DNA of 62,933 nucleotides, taken from Chloroflexota bacterium. GTDB lineage: Bacteria > Chloroflexota > Dehalococcoidia > UBA2247 > RBG-13-53-26. The translations under genes were made by a program, and so were the position numbers. Below are positions 30,591 to 40,155 of the stretch, one piece after another. Location: positions 1 through 62,933 of the forward strand of contig VGOE01000003.1 of NCBI GenBank assembly GCA_016876035.1, written 5' to 3'. The notes under the pieces were generated by a model. The model searched no databases. It was not told where the DNA came from and was given only the letters and a program-made list of their open reading frames with translations. How positions within the stretch are numbered: the first letter of the stretch is position 1; each line of letters opens with the position of its first letter.

Positions 30591-30704
30591 CATGAGACCC
30601 TTCTCCTTCCCTTCAGGAAAGATCATGGTGACAGTGCCATAAGTGTCATTCTGATCCGCCCGCCTGAGGCGGGAGAAGAATCTCGGTTGTTACGTGGAAG
30701 TAGC
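30578..30704 (-). repeat. REP/BIME-like palindromic dispersed repeat, copy 2 (inverted)
   Basis: 30644-30704 is the reverse complement of about 13580-13640 (2 mismatches). 30578-30602 is the exact reverse complement of 13670-13694. The repeat overlaps the SBP stop codon. Confidence 0.8.
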
Positions 30705-30868
30705 TAACCAACTGAGGGAAGGCGACTGAACATCATCAGAGGGCGCAAAGTGCGTCACCACCCCCCTGAGTCCTCCAGACCCCGACATAGTGTCGTCGCA
30801 GCAGCCGCACAGTGTGTCATTCCTGCGTGCCTGGGTAGCTCTATTGCTAAGTCTCTCACTGCACTGGC

Positions 30869-31270
30869 TCACCCGATTCTCCAGTCCTTGTAGCCCTGAC
30901 GGATGATAGCCAGGTACTCCTGGGAAGGCGCCGCTTCTTCTGACTGTTGAGGCTTAATATAGGTTACTGCCTCGATAAATTCATCGTCGGCAGTTATCAC
31001 CTTCACATTCATTCGGTTATGTGTGCGGGGATAATCCTCATGTTTGTCCAGAAGTTCCAGGTCTTTGGCTGAGATTTCGTAGACTGCCCCTTTGACCTTG
31101 GCCCCCTGGGATATTCGCAAGGTGGCCACTGCACCGCGCCACTTCCTTGACCAGCCTGTGAATATTATCTTGTAGTTTGGCAGTATAGCCGTGAATTTTG
31201 GCTTGGCGGTAGGACAGCGCTCTGCCATGTACTTCAGACTGAGATATGGACCATAGGCAAAATAATACAT
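30869..31270 (-). CDS. Gamma-glutamylcyclotransferase family protein
   Basis: MYYFAYG..L, G.VYEI....L..LD.HE.YP; ATG at 31270. Confidence 0.8.
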   Translation of the reverse strand: MYYFAYGPYLSLKYMAERCPTAKPKFTAILPNYKIIFTGWSRKWRGAVATLRISQGAKVKGAVYEISAKDLELLDKHEDYPRTHNRMNVKVITADDEFIEAVTYIKPQQSEEAAPSQEYLAIIRQGYKDWRIG

Positions 31271-31327
31271 TGCACAACCAGACATCACACTGACATGTTT
31301 GTGAAATCAGACACTGGTAGTGGCTTG

Positions 31328-33283
31328 CTACAGAGCAAGTCCAACGCCAAACCCTTCAGCGACGGCTTCTGCTATCCCCCGGGGCTCGACACAATCCCCG
31401 ATGGGGTAAATAGGTATAGTGCTCTCAAGGTTCTCCAGAAGCGCTCTATTCGGCCTATCACCAGAGGCGAGTACCACATTGTCAGCGGCGATAGTCTTCT
31501 CCTTCTTCTCCTTAGTGATAATGACCAGGCCTCCCCCCGTCACCTCCCGGCATTGTATGCCCGTCAGAACCACTACTCCCTTGTCGGCCAGCCTGGCCAG
31601 CAACAGGTTCCTCAGGGCCAGGGGCATCCGGCCTGCCACCTCGTCCAGCATTTCCACAATCGTTACCTTCTTGCCCTGTTGCGCCAGGTACTCGGCTGTC
31701 TCACACCCCACCAGCCCACCCCCAACAATAGCTACCGTGTCCCCTACTTCAGCGCCGTTCAGCACGTCCTTGGCCGTAACGACGTTGGCGCTATCGATTC
31801 CTGAAATACGAGGCATAGCAGTGGTTACCCCTGTGGCCAAGACCACGGTGTCTGGCCTGGCCTCCGCTATCAGTCCAGCCGTAACTTCAAAGCCCAGCTT
31901 AATATTGACGCCTCTCTTGACCATTTGGGCCCTCATGTAGTCGATGAAACCCACAAGATTGTCTTTGTGCGGCGGGACGATGGCTTGAAGCAATTGTCCG
32001 CCCAGCTTCTCTTGCTTCTCGTAGAGCGTCACGTGATGACCCCTTAGTGCAGCTAGCCTGGCTGCCTCCATGCCGGCCGGGCCACCACCTACCACAAACA
32101 CCCTCTTGCTTCTCTCGGCTGGCTTGATCTCATCAAAATGTCGTTCTTTGCCTGCCGCCGCATTAACGGAACAGATTATGCCCTGTCCTTTGACCGTCTG
32201 ATTATCGATGCACCGTAGGCAGCCTATACACGGTCTGATCTCGTCCACTCGCCCTGATGCTGCTTTGTTGGGGAGATCAGGATCAGCGATCAGGCCCTTG
32301 CCTATAGCAATGAGGTCTGCCTGGCCCTCTTGCAGCACCTTCTCCGCCAACTGTGGAGTCATCCTGCTAGCCACGATGAGTGGGATTTTCACCACTTTCT
32401 TCAACTCCTCCACAATCGGGATGAGAGCCCCGGGCTGTTCGGCAGTCGACGGGGGCAGATGAGGGCTGATACCCCACCCCATACCACCTATCTCCAGAGC
32501 GTCGACCCCTGCTTCCTCGGCCATTTGAGCAAATTGCTGTCCCTCCTCGAAAGTGATCCCCGACCCAGGCCCGAATTCTATGACGCTGATCTTGCATAGC
32601 AGGGGATAGTCCCCTCCGACCACACCTCTGATTGCTCCGATGATTTCTAACAGAAACCTGGCTCGATTTCTCAAACTGCCTCCGTACTCATCCTGGCGGA
32701 TATTAGCTGTGGAAGACAGGAACTGAGCTATCAGGTAGTAGCCTGTGCTGTGGATCTCTATGCCATCGAAGCCTGCCCTCTTGGCCCGCTGTGCTCCCTG
32801 GGCGAACTTGCGAACCAATTGTTTGATCTCCCCCGCCGTGAGTTCCCTGGGCATCTCGCCTTCATAAGCCACATAAGTTCCGTAGGGCATAGGAACCGGC
32901 GAAGGGGCGACTGGTTGAATGCCAGTAATCGATGACTTGGCCCCTCTCCCTGCATGCTGTAGCTGCAACACTGCTTTGGCCCCGTGCTGGTGGATAGTCT
33001 CTGCCAGCCGGCTCAAACCAGGGATGAACCTATCGTCATCTATGGCTAACTGGTAGGCGGTAGTCTTACCTACAGGCGAATCGACACAGGTTGTCTCTAC
33101 AATCACCAGGCCGACACCACCTTTCGCTCGTTCCCTGTAGTGACACCTGACTTCCTCTGTAACGTGACCGTCAGAAGTGCCCATGTTCGTACCCATTGGC
33201 GGCATCACAATACGGTTCTTGAGTTCCATTCGCCTGATGTGTGTTGGCTCAAACAGCTTCTGGAAACGTGCCGCGCTGCTCAA
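31328..33283 (-). CDS. NADH:flavin oxidoreductase (OYE TIM barrel + Fe-S + FAD/NAD domain; FadH/BaiCD-like)
   Basis: LKNRIVMPPM, QLQHAGR, AGFDGIEIH, DEYGGSL.NRARF, CIGCLRC..C, VGGGPAG, VGGG.VG.E; TTG start at 33283 with SD AGGAGGAGG. Confidence 0.9.
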   Translation of the reverse strand: MSSAARFQKLFEPTHIRRMELKNRIVMPPMGTNMGTSDGHVTEEVRCHYRERAKGGVGLVIVETTCVDSPVGKTTAYQLAIDDDRFIPGLSRLAETIHQHGAKAVLQLQHAGRGAKSSITGIQPVAPSPVPMPYGTYVAYEGEMPRELTAGEIKQLVRKFAQGAQRAKRAGFDGIEIHSTGYYLIAQFLSSTANIRQDEYGGSLRNRARFLLEIIGAIRGVVGGDYPLLCKISVIEFGPGSGITFEEGQQFAQMAEEAGVDALEIGGMGWGISPHLPPSTAEQPGALIPIVEELKKVVKIPLIVASRMTPQLAEKVLQEGQADLIAIGKGLIADPDLPNKAASGRVDEIRPCIGCLRCIDNQTVKGQGIICSVNAAAGKERHFDEIKPAERSKRVFVVGGGPAGMEAARLAALRGHHVTLYEKQEKLGGQLLQAIVPPHKDNLVGFIDYMRAQMVKRGVNIKLGFEVTAGLIAEARPDTVVLATGVTTAMPRISGIDSANVVTAKDVLNGAEVGDTVAIVGGGLVGCETAEYLAQQGKKVTIVEMLDEVAGRMPLALRNLLLARLADKGVVVLTGIQCREVTGGGLVIITKEKKEKTIAADNVVLASGDRPNRALLENLESTIPIYPIGDCVEPRGIAEAVAEGFGVGLAL

Positions 33284-33436
33284 ATATGCACCTCCTCCTG
33301 TGATGATGACCACCCAGTGCTTCCGGCACCGGCAAGTCGATCAGTATCTTTTGGAACGCCTGAATAGCCAGCACTGTTGCCCGCGGATAGTGCTGTCTTA
33401 GCTATCCGCCGCCCATGTTACTGGTATCGGCCCCTA

Positions 33437-33721
33437 CTATTCGGCTGTCTTTGACTCGTCCGATCCGATCTTGCTTTGCCTAATTCCCTGAATCAGGGAA
33501 ACGATCCACGACAGTCCGTACAGCACCCCTCCCGCCACAATCGTCATCATCAAGCCAAAGAAGATGATTGATACTGTCTCTTTTGTAGTAGCAAAGGTAC
33601 GATCGGCATAGTTGCTGGCTGCGAAGCTCGTGTATATCAACCCGCAGGCCCATGCCAGGACTGCCAGAATTCGAAGCAAAGACACGATTGTCAGGCCAAT
33701 CTCTGGTTTTCGACTACCCAT
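33437..33721 (-). CDS. Small hypothetical membrane protein (2 TM)
   Basis: Two hydrophobic segments; SD GGGGTG and extended -10 TGcTATAAT (33773-33765). Confidence 0.6.
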   Translation of the reverse strand: MGSRKPEIGLTIVSLLRILAVLAWACGLIYTSFAASNYADRTFATTKETVSIIFFGLMMTIVAGGVLYGLSWIVSLIQGIRQSKIGSDESKTAE

Positions 33722-33900
33722 TTTCACCCCCTTCGTGGGTTTATGGTGGCAAAACTTCTGCGAGATTATAGCATACGCAGGCCGCCTTGGATAGGAATGA
33801 AAGTGAGGTTGCTACCACCCGGTGATAAACAGTTTGGGTGGGCCTCCGGTTTCGGAAAATGCCAAGCGAGCCAATGTGGGCGTCTTTTTGCATAAGACAA

Positions 33901-33930
33901 GGCCGTCTGAAGTATGCTCCTCAGACAGCC
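33901..33930 (-). terminator. Hairpin downstream of minus-strand SBP
   Basis: GGCCGTCTGA-10nt-TCAGACAGCC, 9 of 10 pairs. Confidence 0.4.
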
Positions 33931-33991
33931 TCGAGCAGCTACCAGGGTAGTTGGCTACATAAGCCTTGATGGTCGGCTGCTGAATTCCCTC

Positions 33992-35239
33992 TTAATCTAC
34001 GCCCGGCAGCCAGTCGCTGATCGTGACGTAATCCTTCACATCGCCGCCCACAAATTTGGTTATCAGAGAGCGATCCATTAGCTTGCGTCTGGTCTCGCTA
34101 AAGCGGAATTCGGGACATCCTGCCCAGATGGGGCTCGTAGTCTTGTAGTTTAGGGCGGCATCATAGTAGGCCTTTCCATTGAAATTCTCCGCTCCTACAT
34201 TCTTCACTGCCTGCGCCAAAACCTCCAGTATGCCCGTCATCATGAAAGCCGGACCCACGTAACTGTTACCTGAAGCAAGGATGTCCTGAGCTTCCCCCGC
34301 TGAGTGGTATCTGTGAACCAGTGTTGTAGCCAGTTGCACAATAGGGTTCTCCGTGTCAGTCCAGTAGTAAGAGTTGGCAGTGGAATAGCATCCGTCAAGC
34401 AGGTCCCAGCCAACCATTTGCACGTACATCCTTTGGAAAGAACCCATGCTCCCACAGCAGTCCAGAATCGTGGCCTGGGAGCCAGTGGGTCGAAGGTCCC
34501 TCAAGAAAGGAGCCATGATATTGCCGGAGGGGATCGCTATGTAATCGCACTTCTTGTCTTTCAGTTTCTTCGCTTCACTTGTGAAGTTCAACGTGCCCAC
34601 GGGGCTAACAACGCGGCCGACGTAGTCATACTCATTCGGATGGGCATCGAGGTATGCCTCTATCGCCTTGGTCACGTTTATGGATTGCGTGTCATCCCAG
34701 GCGAATATGCCAATCTTAGGAGTCCCCTGTCCTTTTTGGGGCCAGTCATTTTCAACAATCCAACGCAAGAGGATCTTCGCAGAATCTTCGTTAGTATTCG
34801 AAAAGCCGAATACCCATCCCGGGGGGGTAAACATCTCCGGGCTACCAGCCATGGCAGCCAGGACGATCTTGTCTCGCGCGGCAAAAGGTTTCAACATCAA
34901 CGGTGTGTCCGCGATAATACCGATAATTATTTTATCCCCCTTCTCCTTGCACCAGTCATAGCCCAACGAGTACCTGGATGGATCGAACTTGGTATCGTAG
35001 GGATCGAGCTTTAGCTTCACTCCGGGGATAATTTTTTCATCATTATAGTACCTGATCATGTCCTCGGTTATGAAAGTAATCTGTCTCAGCGCTGGTGAGG
35101 CTGCCCCCGTAAAGTCCGTCAGTTGTCCTATGCGGATAGTCACCACGCCTTTCTCGCCATTACCACAGCTTAAGGAAAGCGGCACCAGCATAACCAGTAC
35201 CAAAAGAAAAGCCACAACCATTCTGAACTTGCACTTCAC
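33992..35239 (-). CDS. Lipoprotein ABC-type solute-binding protein (LivJ/PBP1 fold), orphan
   Basis: Lipobox LSLSC; IGQLTDFTGAAS, YDTKFDPSR; paralog of 6212 and 29352. Confidence 0.8.
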   Translation of the reverse strand: MKCKFRMVVAFLLVLVMLVPLSLSCGNGEKGVVTIRIGQLTDFTGAASPALRQITFITEDMIRYYNDEKIIPGVKLKLDPYDTKFDPSRYSLGYDWCKEKGDKIIIGIIADTPLMLKPFAARDKIVLAAMAGSPEMFTPPGWVFGFSNTNEDSAKILLRWIVENDWPQKGQGTPKIGIFAWDDTQSINVTKAIEAYLDAHPNEYDYVGRVVSPVGTLNFTSEAKKLKDKKCDYIAIPSGNIMAPFLRDLRPTGSQATILDCCGSMGSFQRMYVQMVGWDLLDGCYSTANSYYWTDTENPIVQLATTLVHRYHSAGEAQDILASGNSYVGPAFMMTGILEVLAQAVKNVGAENFNGKAYYDAALNYKTTSPIWAGCPEFRFSETRRKLMDRSLITKFVGGDVKDYVTISDWLPGVD

Positions 35240-35635
35240 TTGCGCCTCCTTTTCGTCATGCCTTCCTTGGGAGATTTCCTAATTCCCAATAAATAGTCCA
35301 GGAGGTATTGCAGATGCCAAACACCTTTCTGCGGGCTGAGCATAACATGCCCGTCCGCTGGGTGTCAACTAGTTTTTTCAACCCTCAAATCGGTGATGGA
35401 GACCAATACTGCCTTGGTTGCCTCCCTACTGGATTGCCTATCCTTCATCTTTACGAAGGATCGCCACAATAGAACAAAGATGCACTCATTCCCAGTAATG
35501 CTGTGTTCACGCAGTCCTTTTTGGTGTTCAGCCGAACAGGTCTGTGCCTTGGTAACCAAGTCGCCCCATTGCCCGCCATGGCCCAGACAGATTATGTGGG
35601 AGATAGAGGCACAACCCCGAGAATGGCCCCCAAAA

Positions 35636-35664
35636 TTGACGGGCAGTTAGGGTCAGTCTATAAT
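35636..35664 (+). promoter_or_regulatory. Sigma70 promoter for NMO-like gene
   Basis: TTGACG 35636-41, N17, TATAAT 35659-64. Confidence 0.65.
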
Positions 35665-35738
35665 GGCCTGCCAGCGGGACTCTTGCAAACGACATACCAG
35701 ATGCGAGACAAAATCGGAAATATCACGGAGGCAAGATA

Positions 35739-36920
35739 ATGAAAGACGCCGCAATTTCAAGTAAGGCACGAAAGAAAGCCAAGCAAAGGATTCTCCGCAC
35801 GAAACTGTGTGACATGCTGGAGATCGAGTACCCCATTATCCTTGCGGGCATGGGTGGCTATGCTGGGCCTACCCTCGCGGCCGCAGTATCCAACGCCGGC
35901 GGACTGGGTGTCCTCGGCTGCGGAGGGATGCCGATTGATATATTGGTGGGCATGATTAAGAAGACCAAAAGCCTGACCAATAAGCCTTTTGGTGTGGATG
36001 TGCTGATGCCCTTCGGAGCGCCCGCGCCCGGCACTGAGATCCCCACCATTGAATTACCTGAGAGGCAGGTTGCCTTCACAGAGCAGTTGAGGAAAGAATT
36101 CGGAATCCCCAAGCCAAAGCATTCCAGGCCAGCAGACTTCTTCGATGTGGACCTGATGCAAAAGACGGTCGAAGTATGCTTCGAGGAGCGTGTCCCCGTT
36201 TTTGTCGCCGGGCTTGGCAATCCAGGCTGGATGATACCGCGGGCTCATGCTCAAGGGATGAAGGTCCTCGCCTGTGTTGGCAACGTGAGAAGCGCTCGCC
36301 GCGTAGCGGAGGGCGGTGTGGATATCGTTGTCGCTGCGGGATACGAAGGCGGAGGACACACCGGCCGGATCGGCACTATGGCGCTCATCCCCCAGGTCAT
36401 AGATGCTGTCTACCCTACGCCCGTGGTGGCTGCCGGGGGCATAGCCGACGGTAGAGGGGTGGCTGCCGCTTTAGCGCTGGGAGCCTGTGGGGTATGGGTG
36501 GGCACTGCCTTCATAACCTCGCATGAAGCCCATGTCGACGCTATTGAGTTGGGCCTTATGGCTCAGTGGGAGGTTGATTACTGGAAGCAGAGAATCCTCG
36601 AATGTACTGAAGAGGATACGGTGGTGACCCGATCCTATTCTGGCAAAACGATGCGCAACCTGAAGAACAAGTGGATCCAGGCGTGGGAAAGGCCAGATGC
36701 ACCCCCCACGCTCCCTATGCCGCTACAGTTCATGCTCTGCTGGGATCTGATGGAAGGCGCCAGGGAAGCCAAAATCAAGGACATTCTGCTTTGGCCCACC
36801 GGGCAGATCGGAGGAATGATCAAGGAACTGAAGAGCGCCAAGCAGATCGTCGATGAGATGGTGGACGGGGCCACCAAGATTTTGCAGGAGACGCTTCCCG
36901 CTGAGGTGACCACAAAATAA
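35739..36920 (+). CDS. Nitronate monooxygenase / FabK-like FMN enzyme
   Basis: EYPIILAGMG, AAAVSNAGGLG, PFGVD, GYEGGGHTG, AAGGIADGRG..AALALGA.GVW.GT.F. Confidence 0.88.
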   Translation: MKDAAISSKARKKAKQRILRTKLCDMLEIEYPIILAGMGGYAGPTLAAAVSNAGGLGVLGCGGMPIDILVGMIKKTKSLTNKPFGVDVLMPFGAPAPGTEIPTIELPERQVAFTEQLRKEFGIPKPKHSRPADFFDVDLMQKTVEVCFEERVPVFVAGLGNPGWMIPRAHAQGMKVLACVGNVRSARRVAEGGVDIVVAAGYEGGGHTGRIGTMALIPQVIDAVYPTPVVAAGGIADGRGVAAALALGACGVWVGTAFITSHEAHVDAIELGLMAQWEVDYWKQRILECTEEDTVVTRSYSGKTMRNLKNKWIQAWERPDAPPTLPMPLQFMLCWDLMEGAREAKIKDILLWPTGQIGGMIKELKSAKQIVDEMVDGATKILQETLPAEVTTK

Positions 36921-37511
36921 CAGTACGCGCCTAAGGCTCAACTCAAGGGGAACCGGCAGTTTCCGGATGGGGAGGACCCTGAGAAATACATGTAAGACAA
37001 TTTGTGTTCAGCAAGCCATCTGCCTAACTCCTGTTCCTGGCTGTGCCTTGAAGATTTGCTGCGTTTCGCGGGAAGCCCGGATGGGATGTTTACTTGTCAT
37101 TGCGAGGCACAAAGTGATATTGTTATGACAGTGGACTTGGTCAGTTTCATTACAAAAAGCTACGCGCCAGATAGGCTAGATTGGTGATTGAGATAAAAGT
37201 GTTCTTTGTTGCATCTCTATTATTACTGATTATTATCAAGGTCGTCTCAGGCCACTGGGGGCGATCACTGTACTTGAAGAACCTATGGTGGCACGCTGTA
37301 TCGCCTTGCTATCGACCAGAAAATCCTTATAAAAACCTTATAATTGCCCCTTGCATTTTTACGCCACCTTTATGATTTTGGGGTTACAATAGGAGCGTTT
37401 GACCAGGTCGGGAGGCAGTGTGTTTCCTTGGCCAGGAGCCGAAAGCATGCCATTACACGTTAGGTACTACTCAAGCTGGCGCAAATAGTTATCACATGAG
37501 GAGAGGGTAAA

Positions 37512-39500
37512 GTGGATACAAGCCAATATGATGAGCCTAAGATCGGGGTTTACGTTTGTCATTGCGGCACCAATATCGCCGGCAGTGTTGATGTAGGACA
37601 GGTAACTGAATTTGCCCGAGGGCTGGAAGGGGTAGTAGTATCCCGAGATTATAGTTTTGTGTGCTCTGATCCAGGGCAGAAGCTGATCCGGGAGGACATC
37701 CTTCAGCTAGGAATCAATCGGGTTGTGGTGGTAGCCTGTTCCCCTCGTCTACACGAGCAGACATTCCGCGGTGTATTGAAGGAGAGCGGGCTTAACCCCT
37801 ATATGCTGCAGCAAGCTAATATCAGAGAGCAGTGTTCTTGGCTTCATGAGCCAGGGGAGTCGGCCACTGAGAAGGCGAAGAGGTTGGTTAGAGCAGCAGT
37901 GAAGCGAGTTGCGCTGCATCACCCTTTGGAGCAGAGAGCAGTGCCAATTTTCCCCGCTACTCTGGTGGTCGGAGGCGGTATTGCTGGTATTCAGGCTGCT
38001 CTAGAGATCGCCAATTCCAACCACCTGGTGTATCTAGTGGAAAGGGAGTCCAGCATTGGAGGGCATATGGCGCAGTTCGACAAGACCTTCCCCACTCTGG
38101 ACTGCGCCGCGTGTATCCTCACCCCTAAAATGACTGACGTTGCCCGTCATCCTTACATCAGGCTGTTAACCTACAGCGAGGTGGTTGACATCTCAGGGTA
38201 TATAGGCAACTTCACCGTCAAGATCAAGCGTAAGGCGCGCTACGTGAATGAGGAAAAATGCACCGGCTGTGGTATTTGCCAGGAGAAGTGTCCGTGGACG
38301 ACATTAAGTGAGTTCGAGGTCGGCTTGAGTTTGAGGAAGGTCATTTATACCACTTCACCTCAAGCAGTGCCCAACATACCTGTTATTGATCGTGAGCGTT
38401 GTGTTTACTTCTCCAAGGGAACCTGCCGCGCCTGTGAACGCTTCTGTGAACCAAAAGCTATCAATTTCAAGCAGGAAGATATGTTGATAGAGCTGCAAGT
38501 TGGCTCTGTTATAGTGGCTACCGGATACGATACCTTTGAGCCTACCCGCGTCACGCAGTACGGCTATGGTAACTACCCCAACCTTTTCACCAGCTTGGAG
38601 TTCGAGCGGATGTGCAGCCCGTCCGGGCCAACCGGCGGTAAATTGAAACTAGCAGACGGTCGGGAACCACAGAGCATGGCCATTATCCATTGTGTAGGCA
38701 GCCGAGATAAGAATTTCAATGCCTACTGTTCTCAGATATGCTGTATGCATGCCCTGAAGTATTCCCACCTGTTCAAGGAGAAGACCGGTGGCGATGTCTA
38801 TCAAATGTATATTGATATGCGTTGCACGGGGAAAGGGTATGAAGAATTCTATGATCGGGTTCAGAAAGAGGGAGTCAACTTCGTCAGGGGCAAGGTAGCC
38901 AATGTCACTGACCGTGCCCTTGCACCTGAGGAGGAAGGAAAACTGATTGTTACCTGTGAGGATACCCTGTTGGGCAACATCGTCCGTGTCCCGGTAGATA
39001 TGGTGGTATTGTGCATAGCTGTGGAGCCGCGCAGGAATGCTGAGCAGCTAGCCCAAATATTTCGTTTGGGACGGGGCCAGGACGGGTTCTTCCTAGAGCG
39101 ACACCCGAAATTGGATCCGGTGGCTACCATGTTCGAGGGTGTATTTGTAGCGGGGTGTTGCCAGGGTCCTAAAGATATACCTCATACAGTGGCTCAAGCC
39201 TCAGCGGCCGCTGCTCGGGCTCTGGCTATGATTGCCCGAGGCAAAGTGGAAATTGAAGCAGTGACTGCTTCTGTTGATGAAAAGCGGTGCTCAGGATGCC
39301 GGTTGTGCAACGCACTCTGCCCATATGAAGCTGTCTCCTTTGATGAAGATGCCAAAGTGTCGCGGGTGTCTCAGGTTCTTTGTAAGGGGTGTGGTACATG
39401 TGCTGCGGCTTGCCCGAGCAACGCTATCTCCGTCCAGAACTTCACTCCAGCCCAGATCACAGCAGAAATTGAGGGACTGCTAGCCACGGTGAACGTCTAG
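37512..39500 (+). CDS. hdrA: Heterodisulfide reductase subunit A
   Basis: CHCGTNIAG, ACSPRLHE, NIREQCSW, GGGIAG, DKTFPTLDCAACIL, inserted 2x[4Fe-4S], SLEFER, HCVGSR...CS..CC, C-terminal 2x[4Fe-4S]. Confidence 0.95.
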   Translation: MDTSQYDEPKIGVYVCHCGTNIAGSVDVGQVTEFARGLEGVVVSRDYSFVCSDPGQKLIREDILQLGINRVVVVACSPRLHEQTFRGVLKESGLNPYMLQQANIREQCSWLHEPGESATEKAKRLVRAAVKRVALHHPLEQRAVPIFPATLVVGGGIAGIQAALEIANSNHLVYLVERESSIGGHMAQFDKTFPTLDCAACILTPKMTDVARHPYIRLLTYSEVVDISGYIGNFTVKIKRKARYVNEEKCTGCGICQEKCPWTTLSEFEVGLSLRKVIYTTSPQAVPNIPVIDRERCVYFSKGTCRACERFCEPKAINFKQEDMLIELQVGSVIVATGYDTFEPTRVTQYGYGNYPNLFTSLEFERMCSPSGPTGGKLKLADGREPQSMAIIHCVGSRDKNFNAYCSQICCMHALKYSHLFKEKTGGDVYQMYIDMRCTGKGYEEFYDRVQKEGVNFVRGKVANVTDRALAPEEEGKLIVTCEDTLLGNIVRVPVDMVVLCIAVEPRRNAEQLAQIFRLGRGQDGFFLERHPKLDPVATMFEGVFVAGCCQGPKDIPHTVAQASAAAARALAMIARGKVEIEAVTASVDEKRCSGCRLCNALCPYEAVSFDEDAKVSRVSQVLCKGCGTCAAACPSNAISVQNFTPAQITAEIEGLLATVNV

Positions 39501-39527
39501 CTGTGTCAGGAAGAAGGAGGAGGAAAA

Positions 39528-39980
39528 GTGGCTGAGTTTGAACCCAAGATAGTTGCCTTTTTATGCAACTGGTGCTCCTATGCCGGAGCAGATTTGGCAG
39601 GGACTTCGCGCATGAAGTGCCTGCCTAATGTGATTTCTATTCGACTTATGTGCAGCGGAGGACTGGACCCTACTTACGTTTTGAAGGCATTCAAGGAAGG
39701 GGCTGACGGGGTCCTGGTTTGCGGTTGCAACCCTGGTGATTGCCACTACCTTGAAGGGAACTACAAAGCATTGCGGCGTGTCTCCTTGCTGCAGAGAATG
39801 CTGCCACACTTCGGCGTCGAGCCGCGGCGTCTCCAATTGCACTGGGTGTGCGCTTCCTGTGGCGATGAATTTGTTACTGTCGTTAACGAAATGACTAATG
39901 AATTGAAGAGGTTGGGACCAATCAAGCGCGAGAGTTGGATGCCAGCAGCAGAGGAACATCATGCAATGGCACCGGGCTAA
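39528..39980 (+). CDS. mvhD: MvhD-type [2Fe-2S] subunit (copy 1, extra cysteines)
   Basis: FEPKIVAFLCNWCSYAGAD, MCSG, GADGVLV.GC.PGDCHY..GN. Confidence 0.92.
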   Translation: MAEFEPKIVAFLCNWCSYAGADLAGTSRMKCLPNVISIRLMCSGGLDPTYVLKAFKEGADGVLVCGCNPGDCHYLEGNYKALRRVSLLQRMLPHFGVEPRRLQLHWVCASCGDEFVTVVNEMTNELKRLGPIKRESWMPAAEEHHAMAPG

Positions 39981-40155
39981 GGCATAGTTTTGGGACCTGA
40001 TTGGCTGCTTCATGGATCGTTTCTCTAAGCTGGCTAAATTGTGATCGGCAGGTTATGGTAGAATTAATACAGAGGGAGTTGGGAAGCTCAGATTCGAAGC
40101 TCGAATCAAGCCCTTGAAAATGAGTAGTCTCAGTTGACCGAGGAGGTGAAGGAAA

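Noticed and set aside
31240-31270. GGCT motif YFAYGPYL instead of YFAYGSNL
   Set aside because: The catalytic Glu region is retained and the family is variable; too weak to flag.
37095-37107. TGTCATTGCGAGG, the start of another REP-like unit
   Set aside because: Only 13 bp, with no partner arm.
37325-37343. CCTTATAA direct repeat with 11-bp period upstream of hdrA
   Set aside because: Short and AT-rich; cannot be separated from chance without orthologous promoters.
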